Notes: generated from the letters alone by a model not told the origin. Numbered from the stretch's first letter, positions 7,601 through 15,011 are shown. The stretch: 32,000 nt of DNA from an uncultured Candidatus Saccharibacteria bacterium (GCA_964501355.1 CAZCSM010000011.1:1-32000); one strand, 5' to 3'. Numbers and translations: made by a program.

Positions 7601-8063
7601 CATTGTTCCTGAAGAATTATCGGTCGGAGAACATACCGTAAAAGCAGGTTTTCTTGAAGAATCCGGAAAAACGGCTGAAGCTAAATGGTATTTTGAAGTC
7701 ATAGATGATAGTGCAGTAACAACCGAAGAACCAGAGGACAAAGGATTCAGTATTTACGCAATAGCTATTATTGTAATAATTGCATTATCTGTAATAACTG
7801 TTGCCGCATACTTTATTGTGAAATACATTGCAGAACCCAAAACTGCAAAGACCGCTTTTGTAAGAAGAGGCCCCATCACCCCTAGCCCATTCGAGGCACC
7901 GACCGAAGATAAAGCTGAAGAGAAAGTATTTCGCACAGCAAGAGCAACGTTAGAGAGAGATCACAAATTGAATATTAATCAACATGACGCCTTGCAAAAA
8001 CTGAAGGAAGTAGAAATCGTCCGAAAGGAAAAGGGAGAGCAAAATATCACCAAAGGATATTAA
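4656..8063 (+). CDS. Large bitopic surface protein with PKD and cadherin-like (putative Ig) repeats
   Basis: N-terminal TM. PKD-type repeats (FDDGLETYGDETVTHTYPRSGSYDVTLVIMD; WNFGDGQS..HTFNTAGLYTITLTVTDNDGL). Dystroglycan/cadherin-like repeat (YYSTQVNAYDEDGDSLTFALGKGPNWVEV..GTPN). C-terminal TM (IYAIAIIVIIALSVITVAAYFIV) plus a charged tail of about 80 aa. GTG start 13 nt after the SBP stop. Confidence 0.8.
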   Translation: MKNKVDIFTVNRKTKAPEKRVNHNKQMFMMIGLLGLVIAIPLLVFTLLQPEGAFETRREAAESTQFYGLLKLTSEIPLQMIPEGFIGDDYYYFAKTDKKPVNFGTSELSPKYLVAAKTNIDDLLLNAHYDTLSSSQTYSIQNVTTTPITGSATTQLIVTDEGSLIEEISNQIPGVSAVGTLPTEVKAGQPFSLNYRIEDQNSAKGDLIQKYSVTRGYKGGGFVSDDNWDVTTTPNYQTTFNVTSPLSVTIGGTPPESAIGKTLELGVAGVELIGSYGEKKIEVAIKENAAPEIQDIVYYENNGINPNSVEHVYRLIYGTKDSVSGKVEVLASDSDDTNLTYTFGTLPTRFKNVRTENNAILFDISWDNFDGTEVFETEVTVTDGYKSVNKKIPIAVSKKYTLHDPALCPPVPGVVCEDWSADFNYTVKTNSYQVTFTRPDNLIPSNNSIETFWWIFDDGLETYGDETVTHTYPRSGSYDVTLVIMDSSETGVFMTKSITVNPIGNLKPPQASFIAIPQVGNAPLTVRVNPEGSSDADGTITKYEWNFGDGQSQEHNSAIAFEHTFNTAGLYTITLTVTDNDGLTAQQTSKITVGSNTAPVVFITKPNQGTYGGTASNPGNRITWSVADAENNSPLLYNLYLVKSQAGGTCTSEATNTAPNYLLSSGNINYSAGQYLPSVFEWDTSTSRSGSIVDGYYCVKINVIDDTYGQLSADYSDNPIEIINAQHTPYVTTEYLPDAVKDQYYSTQVNAYDEDGDSLTFALGKGPNWVEVTNAGEIKGTPNASGPQTIIITVTDGRTRTIKVYTLNVKAIEGQILPAVTVATNIEVFVGSTGIINWTMENGDDVSSLDLQYSTDGENWNNIASGLSKDINEYNWDVSELEAGVYQIRILYYDSEDNTLGASSVKEIEIAQPEAQNESEPIVYGMKPTDGEKVTDKTPKISANFKAGFGSKVMLESVRVYLDNKQIQNNDGFEVFDGGFAYIVPEELSVGEHTVKAGFLEESGKTAEAKWYFEVIDDSAVTTEEPEDKGFSIYAIAIIVIIALSVITVAAYFIVKYIAEPKTAKTAFVRRGPITPSPFEAPTEDKAEEKVFRTARATLERDHKLNINQHDALQKLKEVEIVRKEKGEQNITKGY

Positions 8064-8137
8064 ACACGAATTACTAATTTCAATTGATCTAAATACGATA
8101 TTACTCTTCAAGTGATTCCCAAAGTCCCTGGTATTTC

Positions 8138-8166
8138 TTGCAACCCCCTAGCTTTTCCTTTATTCT
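8138..8166 (+). promoter_or_regulatory. Candidate promoter of the NHL/LPQTG gene
   Basis: -35 TTGCAA (8138-8143), 17-nt spacer, -10 TATTCT (8161-8166). The -35 sits in the box GGTATTTCTTGCAACC, also seen at 14529-14544. Confidence 0.35.
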
Positions 8167-8199
8167 AAATCGTGTGCAAATGTTTCTTTAAAACAAATA

Positions 8200-10416
8200 A
8201 TGAAAATCTACAATCTTAAAATTGCAAAGACTCGACGATTGTTCACGATCAGTATTGCAATATTATCCTGCATCTTTTTTTTCAGTAAAAATTTTCTTGA
8301 AAAGGCCTATGCACTAACAGAATCTTTTTCTCCCGCTGATTTAGTCATAGGTCAACCTGATATGATAAGTGGAACAGCGAATAATGGAGGAATCAGTGCT
8401 TCTAGTTTATCGTGGACCTACTCTGTTTTCAGTTATGGCGAAAATGTATATGTAGCAGATACAATGAACAGTAGAGTTTTAATATATAATGGAACACCAG
8501 GAGAAGATAATTGGGATAATGTAGCTGACTATGTGATAGGTCAACCTGATATGGTAAGTAATACTGGGAATAATGGAGGTGTAAGTGCTAGCAGTTTGTA
8601 TCAATCTTTTTCAGTTGCTACAGATGGAAGAAATGTTTATGTGGCGGACTTTATTAATAACAGAGTTTTAATTTATGATGGAATTCCAGGAGAAGAGGGC
8701 TGGGATAATGTCGCAGATTATGTTATTGGTCAACCTGATATGACCAGTGTTACTGCAAATAACGGGGGAAGAGGTGCTAGCAGTTTATATCGACCAACTT
8801 CGGTTGCCACAGACGGAGAGAGAGTCTATGTTGCAGATAACAATAACAATCGAGTATTGATTTATAATGGAATACCAGGAGAAGTAGGATGGGATAATGT
8901 AGCTGACTATGTGATAGGTCAACCTAATATGACCAGTGGTACTGGAAACAATGGAGGATTAAGTGCCAGTAGTTTATATCAACCAACTTCGGCAACCACA
9001 GATGGAGAGAGAGTTTATGTAGCAGATTATGTTAATAGTCGAGTGTTAATCTATGAGGGAATACCAGGAAAAGAGAGCTGGGATAATGTCGCAGACTATG
9101 TAATAGGTCAACCTGATATGACTAGTGGTACCTCTAATAACGGAGGGGTAAGTGCCAGTAGCTTGTTTTTCCCACGGTCAGTTAACACAGACAGAGAAAA
9201 AGTCTATGTGGTTGATAGCTATAACCATCGAATTTTGATCTACGAGGGGATACCAGGAGAGGTAGATTGGGATAACATCGCAGACTATGTAATAGGACAA
9301 TCTAATATGACAAGTAATACGAAAAACAATGGAGGTGTAAGTGCTAGTAGTTTATCTGAACCAACTTCGGTTACTACAGATGGAAGAAATATATATGTGG
9401 CAGAAAGGCTTAATTATCGTGTACTAATCTATTACATGGGTCCACAAAATATGAGTTTCACTTCAGTTTCTAGCTTAAGCAATAGCTTGACAGGAAACAC
9501 TTTTACTCTTGCAGGACGTGATGCAAAAGAGATGATGATATCTGAAGACAATGCTTTTGACGGAATCCCATGGGAAAGTTTTTCAACTTCAAAACTGTTT
9601 AGTCTTTCATCTGGAGATGGAATAAAGACTGTATATGCTAAGATGAGAGATTATGCTAATTATGAAGGAGAAGTACTATCAGCAACAATTACTGTAGATA
9701 CAACTAAACCAACAGGTACATTTTCAATCAATACAAATTCTACCTACACAAACACACCAGTTGTTACACTCACACTATCAGCAAGTGATAACCTCTCAGG
9801 AGTATCACAAATGATGATTTCAAACACTTCAGTTTTTACAGGAGCAAGTTGGGAAAACTATTCAGCAACTAAACAATGGACACTACCATCGGGAGATGGA
9901 GAGAAGAGCGTATATGTTAAGTTTAAAGATAACGCAGGAAATGAATCATTGGTTGTTAGCGATACTGTTATTCTAAAAACCGCTGCACTTCTAACACTAG
10001 ATCTGACTAATCTAAATTATCAACAAACACAGGAGAGATATACAAGAGCAGAAGGAGAACCGGTGATAGTAAGAGGAACAGCAGAACAGAGTACGGTGGT
10101 AACAATCACAGCATTAACGGAAGAAGGAGTAGTGGTTTACGAGACCCAATTAACAGTAGGAGAAGGTGGTAACTGGGAGATAGACTTAGGAGATGTTTTA
10201 GGAGTAGGAACATACCTAGTACAAATAACAACGACCGATCCGGCAGGGAACATAGCATCGAGTGAGTTTACTTTAGGTGTCGAAGCTGTTATAGAAGAAG
10301 TCGAAACTTTACCACAGACAGGAGAAGGAATTATAATTCCGTTTTTCCTAGGAATCTTCTTATTGTTGAAGCACTTTATGAAAAATAAAATGACTAAGCA
10401 ATATATTTTTCACTAG
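8200..10416 (+). CDS. Sortase-anchored six-bladed NHL-repeat beta-propeller surface protein
   Basis: N-terminal signal/TM. Six 63-aa repeats (ADYVIGQPDMTSGT.NNGG.SASSL..P.SV.TDG..VYVAD..N.RVLIY.GIPGE..WDN, including YNHRILIY). Two repeats of about 110 aa (SGDGxKxVYxK..D.AGNES type). C-terminal LPQTGE + hydrophobic segment + KHFMKNK tail. Confidence 0.85.
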   Translation: MKIYNLKIAKTRRLFTISIAILSCIFFFSKNFLEKAYALTESFSPADLVIGQPDMISGTANNGGISASSLSWTYSVFSYGENVYVADTMNSRVLIYNGTPGEDNWDNVADYVIGQPDMVSNTGNNGGVSASSLYQSFSVATDGRNVYVADFINNRVLIYDGIPGEEGWDNVADYVIGQPDMTSVTANNGGRGASSLYRPTSVATDGERVYVADNNNNRVLIYNGIPGEVGWDNVADYVIGQPNMTSGTGNNGGLSASSLYQPTSATTDGERVYVADYVNSRVLIYEGIPGKESWDNVADYVIGQPDMTSGTSNNGGVSASSLFFPRSVNTDREKVYVVDSYNHRILIYEGIPGEVDWDNIADYVIGQSNMTSNTKNNGGVSASSLSEPTSVTTDGRNIYVAERLNYRVLIYYMGPQNMSFTSVSSLSNSLTGNTFTLAGRDAKEMMISEDNAFDGIPWESFSTSKLFSLSSGDGIKTVYAKMRDYANYEGEVLSATITVDTTKPTGTFSINTNSTYTNTPVVTLTLSASDNLSGVSQMMISNTSVFTGASWENYSATKQWTLPSGDGEKSVYVKFKDNAGNESLVVSDTVILKTAALLTLDLTNLNYQQTQERYTRAEGEPVIVRGTAEQSTVVTITALTEEGVVVYETQLTVGEGGNWEIDLGDVLGVGTYLVQITTTDPAGNIASSEFTLGVEAVIEEVETLPQTGEGIIIPFFLGIFLLLKHFMKNKMTKQYIFH
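8335..9468 (+). repeat. Six tandem 189-bp coding repeats (NHL blades)
   Basis: The unit start GC(T/A)GA(C/T)T(A/T)(T/A)GT(G/A/C/T)ATAGGTCAACCTGATATG recurs at 8335, 8524, 8713, 8902, 9091 and 9280, an exact 189-nt period. Confidence 0.9.
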
Positions 10417-10455
10417 AATCCATTTGATACAACCTGACAGAATAGTTAATCTCTC

Positions 10456-10485
10456 TTGCAAAATAACAACCAGAGGAAGTATAAT
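10456..10485 (+). promoter_or_regulatory. Near-consensus promoter in the long spacer upstream of alaS
   Basis: -35 TTGCAA (10456-10461), 18-nt spacer, -10 TATAAT (10480-10485). Confidence 0.45.
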
Positions 10486-10494
10486 CTCCCCATC

Positions 10495-10566
10495 ATGAAG
10501 AAAACAACACTTTTCAACAAATACACACGAACCTCAGCCCTATACATGGCCCCCGCGGCTAAATAA
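10495..10566 (+). CDS. Candidate leaderless 23-aa micro-ORF (MKKTTLFNKYTRTSALYMAPAAK)
   Basis: The ATG lies 9 nt after the TATAAT box, so a transcript would start at or just before it. There is no Shine-Dalgarno sequence. Not on the ORF track because it is too short. It could instead be a non-coding transcript. Confidence 0.2.
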   Translation: MKKTTLFNKYTRTSALYMAPAAK

Positions 10567-10777
10567 CCATCTGTCATAAACTGGCAAAAATCTCAATATA
10601 CTAGTACATTAATAATATTTAAAAAACAAAATAATTTCGTTTTGGAATTTTTGATCATTGGAATTTGTTTGGAAATTGTAATTTGGTGCTTAGAGTTTTA
10701 AAATCATATATAATACAAAGGTTCGAAATACAATTTCATAACTATAAACTATCAATTATAAATTATAAACTCTGAAA

Positions 10778-12559
10778 ATGGATTACAAAATAATTAGACA
10801 AAAATATCTGGACTACCTCAAGAAACGAGGACATTCGGAAATTGTCAACGCATCACTTGTTCCGGAAAATGATCCAACAATTCTTTTCACACCAGCAGGA
10901 ATGTCTCCAATTGTCCCCTATCTTCTTGGCGAAAAACACCCGCAAGGTACACGACTCGTAAATATTCAAAGATCGATTCGAACCGGAGATATTGAAGAAG
11001 TCGGAGATGCAGTTCATCTTACTTTTTTTGAAATGGCAGGAAACTGGTCGTTGAATGACTATTTTAAGGAAGAAGCCATCGACATTACTTTCACATTCTT
11101 GGTTGAGGAACTAGGACTTGATCCGCTTAAACTTTATGGCTCTGTTTTCGAGGGTGATAATGATGCGCCAAGAGATGATGGTGCTATCGAGTCGTTAAAA
11201 AAAGTGTTTACAAAATTCGGAGTTGAAGCAAAGGCGGGAGATAGAGAACGAATCCAGTTTTTTGACAAAGCAAAATGTTGGTGGGAGCTTCCGGCAGGAG
11301 GACCATGCGGACCATGTTCCGAGATTTTTTATGATACGGGGAAAGATTATTGTGGAGAGAACTGTAATGTAAATTGCGATTGCGGAAAATTCGTCGAACT
11401 TGGGAACAATGTATTTATGGAATTTTTAAAGAAAGGCCCGGGACAATATGAACCGCTTGGAAAACACAATGTGGACTTCGGTGGTGGAATTGCTCGTTGG
11501 GCAGTATTTATGCAGGGAGTTGATAATGTATTTGATACGGATATCTACATTCCGATCAAAAAGAAAGTTGTAGAATTAGCTCAGGAACAGAGTGAAAAAT
11601 CAGTTCGAATAGTAACTGAACATATTAATACCGCAGTATTTATTCTAATGGATGGTGTTGTTCCCTCGAATACCGAGCAAGGCTACATCTTACGCAGAAT
11701 AATCAGACGAGCAATTCGACATGCAAAACAACTCGGCATCCCTACTCCATTTGCAAAAGAAGTCGCAGAAGTTGTAATAAAACAATGGAATGATCTTTAT
11801 CCGGAACTTGAAGAAAGAAAAGAGTTTATTCTTAATGAATTGGAAAAAGAAGAAGAGAAATTCGCAAAGACAGTTGAACAAGGAGAGAAAGAAATTCGCA
11901 AAGAAAACATTGAACAGCTTGATGGAAAGAGAATATTCTATTTTTACGAAACATATGGCTATCCATTTGAATTATCATTAGAAATCTTGAAAGAAACAGG
12001 CTCGGTTGATGAAGAAAAGCTTCAAAAAGAATTTGACGAAGCTTTCAAATCACATCAGGAGTTATCTCGAGCAGGACAAGGAGAGAGATTCAAAGGCGGA
12101 CTTGCTGATACATCAGAAGCTTCGACAAAATATCATACAGCAACACACTTGTTAAACGCGGCATTGAAAGAAATCGTCGGAGAACACATCTACCAAAAAG
12201 GAAGTAATATTACACCAGAGAGAATGAGGTTTGATTTTCCAAATGATTCGAAACTAACACCGGAACAAGTGAAAGAAGTTGAAGATTGGGTAAATGATAA
12301 AATCGAAAAAGAACTCTCTGTTAGCGTTAAGGAAATGACACTTGATGAGGCAAAGGAACTAAAATCCGAAGGTGTATTCGGACACAGATACGGAGAAAAA
12401 GTGAAAGTATATACAGTTGGAGATGAAGAGAATCCTACGTCACGAGAAATCTGCGGAGGACCACACGTTGCAAATACAAAAGAACTAGGAAAGTTCAAAA
12501 TTGTAAAACAGGAAAATGTCGGCGCAGGAGTAAAGAGAATCAAGGCTATATTGGAATAA
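10778..12559 (+). CDS. alaS: Alanine--tRNA ligase, short form lacking the C-Ala domain
   Basis: Class II AlaRS motifs DPTILFTPAGM, HLTFFEMAGNWS, GGPCGPCSEIFYD and GNNVFMEF. Editing-domain motifs HTATHLLNAALKE and CGGPHV. The protein ends right after the editing domain (593 aa). Confidence 0.92.
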   Translation: MDYKIIRQKYLDYLKKRGHSEIVNASLVPENDPTILFTPAGMSPIVPYLLGEKHPQGTRLVNIQRSIRTGDIEEVGDAVHLTFFEMAGNWSLNDYFKEEAIDITFTFLVEELGLDPLKLYGSVFEGDNDAPRDDGAIESLKKVFTKFGVEAKAGDRERIQFFDKAKCWWELPAGGPCGPCSEIFYDTGKDYCGENCNVNCDCGKFVELGNNVFMEFLKKGPGQYEPLGKHNVDFGGGIARWAVFMQGVDNVFDTDIYIPIKKKVVELAQEQSEKSVRIVTEHINTAVFILMDGVVPSNTEQGYILRRIIRRAIRHAKQLGIPTPFAKEVAEVVIKQWNDLYPELEERKEFILNELEKEEEKFAKTVEQGEKEIRKENIEQLDGKRIFYFYETYGYPFELSLEILKETGSVDEEKLQKEFDEAFKSHQELSRAGQGERFKGGLADTSEASTKYHTATHLLNAALKEIVGEHIYQKGSNITPERMRFDFPNDSKLTPEQVKEVEDWVNDKIEKELSVSVKEMTLDEAKELKSEGVFGHRYGEKVKVYTVGDEENPTSREICGGPHVANTKELGKFKIVKQENVGAGVKRIKAILE

Positions 12560-12570
12560 AATATATTAAA

Positions 12571-12713
12571 TCTTTCTGTTCTAGGCATTTGGTCGTTGGG
12601 GTCTGGGGGGATGTGTGTTTGCACGGGTAAGGATGATTTGTCTTTATCTATCTGCCAACGGAAAACGCCACATCCCCCCAGCGCTTTTGATTCCTTTTGG
12701 CGTCAAAAGGAAT
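12571..12713 (+). repeat. Structured intergenic repeat, diverged copy D
   Basis: Keeps the 5' box GGTCGTTGGGGTCTG and the CTTTTG linker. P1 is CTGGGGGGATGTG (12603-12615)/CACATCCCCCCAG (12669-12681). P2 is ATTCCTTTT (12690-12698)/AAAAGGAAT (12705-12713). Confidence 0.75.
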
Positions 12714-12825
12714 AGAGAAATTTTGTTTGTATTCTATGCATAAACAATTCTCAATATATAGATCCATTCAAAAATAAAGTAATCTCTGTTACAATATCAA
12801 AGACTAAAATAAACCAAACCGCCCA

Positions 12826-13245
12826 ATGAGATACCTAGCAATAGATTACGGAGAAAAAAATATCGGACTCGCATATTGTGATAAACTCGAAATCGCCACA
12901 AGACCACTGCCACCGATAAATAATAAAGACCTGACATTTGCAATAAACGAACTTGCTAGAACAATCGATCAACATAACATAGAGTCAATAATCGTTGGCA
13001 TACCATTAGGAAAAGATAACGAAGAGACGCAGATTTCAATAAAAGCGAGATTTTTTGCAAACAGAATAAAAGATTTTTCAGACATCCCAATTGAATTTTG
13101 GAACGAGAGCTTCTCGTCACAGCAAGCAGTACAAAATATGATTGCCGGAGGGACAACAAAAAAGACAAGAAGCAGAATGATCGATTCATATGCCGCAATG
13201 GTAATATTAAAAGACTTTCTGGAAAATAAAGAAATAGAGAGATAA
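12826..13245 (+). CDS. ruvX: YqgF/RuvX-family putative pre-16S rRNA nuclease / Holliday junction resolvase-like protein
   Basis: N-terminal MRYLAIDYGEKNIGLAYCD (the DxGxKxIGxA motif). 139 aa. Conserved position between alaS and mltG. Confidence 0.85.
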   Translation: MRYLAIDYGEKNIGLAYCDKLEIATRPLPPINNKDLTFAINELARTIDQHNIESIIVGIPLGKDNEETQISIKARFFANRIKDFSDIPIEFWNESFSSQQAVQNMIAGGTTKKTRSRMIDSYAAMVILKDFLENKEIER

Positions 13246-13254
13246 ATTACTGAC

Positions 13255-13391
13255 CCCTTATTATCTGTATTGGGTTGTTGAATCGTCGAAGTCTGAAACA
13301 AGTGATTCCGGTTGCTATTTGCTTTAAGGTCGTGCTTGGAGGGAGTTCACTTGTTTCAGAAATTTTGGTTACTTTTGTTTGCAAAAGTAAC
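13255..13391 (+). repeat. Structured intergenic repeat, copy B
   Basis: 5' box ATCTGTATTGGGTTGTTGAATCGTCGAAGTCTG. P1 is TCTGAAACAAGTGA (13292-13305)/TCACTTGTTTCAGA (13347-13360). P2 is 13368-13377/13382-13391, identical to copy A. Confidence 0.85.
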
Positions 13392-13441
13392 GAACAATAA
13401 TTATCAAATATTAAAAGGTATAAACTTTACATACAATTTCT

Positions 13442-14389
13442 ATGAAAAGAATATTAATCATTCTTATTGTCTTAATCACAATCCTCGTAGCAGGAACAGC
13501 ATTTGCCCTAAACTGGTATAAACAAAGTCTCGTGGCCAATTCTACATATGACGAAACCTATCATCTTACAGTTGAACAAGGAGAATCCACCGACACCATT
13601 CTTTCAAAACTTGAAGAGAATAAGATTATAAAAAATAAAACCGCTGTAAAGATTTATCTAAAACTAAACCCTTCGGTAATTCAGGCCGGTGAGTTTGATC
13701 TCAATACAAACATGAATGTTGAACAAATTTTCAATGTTCTATCAAACGCCGAAGACGAAACAACCTGGGTTACAATTCCAGAAGGACTTCGATATGACGA
13801 AATTGCGGAAATCTGGGCGAAAAAGATAGATGGTTTCGATGCAGCCAGATTTAATAAACTTGCAGAAACAAAACTATTATCAAGAGATTCTGCAGAAGGA
13901 TATCTTTTCCCTGACACATACAATGTGGAAAAAGATATTTCAGAAGAAGAAGTTTTTGATTTAATGTACGAGAACTTTCAAACTAAAGTTGGAGACATTA
14001 GTTACAATACATTGATACTTGCATCAATTGTGGAAAGAGAAGCAAAAGCCGATGCGGAAAGACCAATCGTAGCCGGAATTTTGCAAAAAAGATTAGACAC
14101 CGCGGGATGGCTTCTACAAGCAGATGCAACATTACTCTATGAGGTAAAGGATTGGACAGCAACAATTACGCAACAAATGAAAAACTCCACTTCAATGTAC
14201 AACACCTACTACAATCCAGATCTTCCCCCTACTCCAATTTGCAATCCGGGATTGAAATCAATTGAAGCCGCAAGAAATCCACAAACAGATACACCATACT
14301 GGTTTTATCTGCACGGTAGAGATGGACAAATTCGCTATGCTGTCACACAAGAACAGCATAACCAGAATATTTACAATTATCTTTGGTAA
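13442..14389 (+). CDS. mltG: Endolytic murein transglycosylase MltG (YceG family)
   Basis: N-terminal TM. Motifs PEGLRYDEIA, AEGYLFPDTY, ASIVEREA and YNTYYNPDLPPTPICNPG. Confidence 0.9.
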   Translation: MKRILIILIVLITILVAGTAFALNWYKQSLVANSTYDETYHLTVEQGESTDTILSKLEENKIIKNKTAVKIYLKLNPSVIQAGEFDLNTNMNVEQIFNVLSNAEDETTWVTIPEGLRYDEIAEIWAKKIDGFDAARFNKLAETKLLSRDSAEGYLFPDTYNVEKDISEEEVFDLMYENFQTKVGDISYNTLILASIVEREAKADAERPIVAGILQKRLDTAGWLLQADATLLYEVKDWTATITQQMKNSTSMYNTYYNPDLPPTPICNPGLKSIEAARNPQTDTPYWFYLHGRDGQIRYAVTQEQHNQNIYNYLW

Positions 14390-14577
14390 AGAAGGTTCTA
14401 GGTACCAGTTTCTAGGTTCTAGATTTCCTCTCCTTTCATGCACTGAGCTTGTCGGGTTGTATAAGGAGGTGTGTCTTTACGATAGTGAGGAAAGGTAGTC
14501 TTTTGCAATATTCCATATTTTGTATTCTGTATTTTCTTGCAACCTGAAAACTTGCTAACCTGAAACTTTGTTTTATT

Positions 14578-14601
14578 AGATTCTATATTCCAAATTCTTT
14601 T
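14578..14601 (+). promoter_or_regulatory. Conserved 24-nt upstream box AGATTCTAWATTCCARATTCTTTT (copy 1)
   Basis: AGATTCTATATTCCAAATTCTTTT matches 15510-15533 at 22 of 24 positions. It is followed by AGCTACGAACTA (14609-14620), related to the boxes at 15571 and 15592. Confidence 0.5.
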
Positions 14602-14621
14602 AACTTCTAGCTACGAACTAC

Positions 14622-14649
14622 TTTTGTCGTTTGACATTTGTCATTTGTC
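14622..14649 (+). repeat. Four tandem heptads (TTTGTC/TTTGAC core)
   Basis: TTTTGTC GTTTGAC ATTTGTC ATTTGTC, then CC. Same motif family as 240-260. Confidence 0.7.
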
Positions 14650-14673
14650 CCTCCGTTTGCTATTCTATATAAA
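14645..14673 (+). promoter_or_regulatory. Candidate promoter of the 14697-15407 gene pair
   Basis: -35 TTGTCC (14645-14650), 17-nt spacer, -10 TATAAA (14668-14673), 24 nt before the ATG. Confidence 0.3.
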
Positions 14674-14696
14674 GTAATCCATTTGATATCTGTCCT

Positions 14697-15011
14697 ATGA
14701 AAGACTGGAAACAATTTGCAATAGCATTTTTTACGCTAGCAATAACCTTTATAATTCCTGTTACATTAACTCGAGTAATACAGGAGAATCCTGAAGATGT
14801 TCGAACACAAGCGCAGGAAATCACTGCAAACGCAGCTGCAATTGTTGACACCGGTGTTGAAAATTTGTCAAAGACACCAACCATTAATGTGCCAATTCTA
14901 GGTGAAATGCAAATTGCAACACTAGGACTATACGTTGCTGCCGTGGTATTTCTCATTGTAATGATTGTTGCAGGAACCAAGCTTTTTAAACCAGTTAAGA
15001 AAGTGTTCTAG
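14697..15011 (+). CDS. Small membrane protein (two predicted TM helices), hypothetical
   Basis: Hydrophobic segments FAIAFFTLAITFIIPVTL and LGLYVAAVVFLIVMIVAG. Its stop codon directly abuts the GTG start of the next ORF. Confidence 0.6.
   Translation: MKDWKQFAIAFFTLAITFIIPVTLTRVIQENPEDVRTQAQEITANAAAIVDTGVENLSKTPTINVPILGEMQIATLGLYVAAVVFLIVMIVAGTKLFKPVKKVF

Noticed and set aside
10495-10566. Whether the micro-ORF ending ..YMAPAAK could be a tmRNA tag-coding region.
   Set aside because: There is no tRNA-like acceptor/T-arm pairing, no 5' GGGG...3' CCA ends and no pseudoknot-rich flank. The peptide end also does not fit the typical ..ALAA tag.
10700-10740. tRNA-like T-loop string GGTTCGAAAT.
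   Set aside because: There are no flanking complementary arms, acceptor stem or anticodon stem. The surrounding sequence is AT-rich spacer, so this is not a tRNA.
12190-12624. 144-aa minus-strand ORF antisense to the 3' end of alaS. Similar antisense or alternate-frame ORFs lie inside large genes, for example 651..839, 1166..1442, 15768..16088, 17953..18372, 23137..23550, 24902..25354 and 29571..29930.
   Set aside because: Each is fully embedded in, or antisense to, a much longer ORF with clear family motifs. Their compositions are low-complexity or Cys/Ser/Phe-biased, as expected for shadow frames. None has independent start or termination signals.
13312-13521. 69-aa + strand ORF between ruvX and mltG.
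   Set aside because: It is the translation of structured repeat copy B (…FQKFWLLLFAKVT…) running into the mltG start region. The same peptide would arise from the other repeat copies.
14396-14500. Short direct repeats (TTCTAGG x2) and partial hairpins just after mltG, considered as a terminator or small RNA.
   Set aside because: Pairings are short and interrupted and no U tract follows. I could not define a convincing structure by eye.
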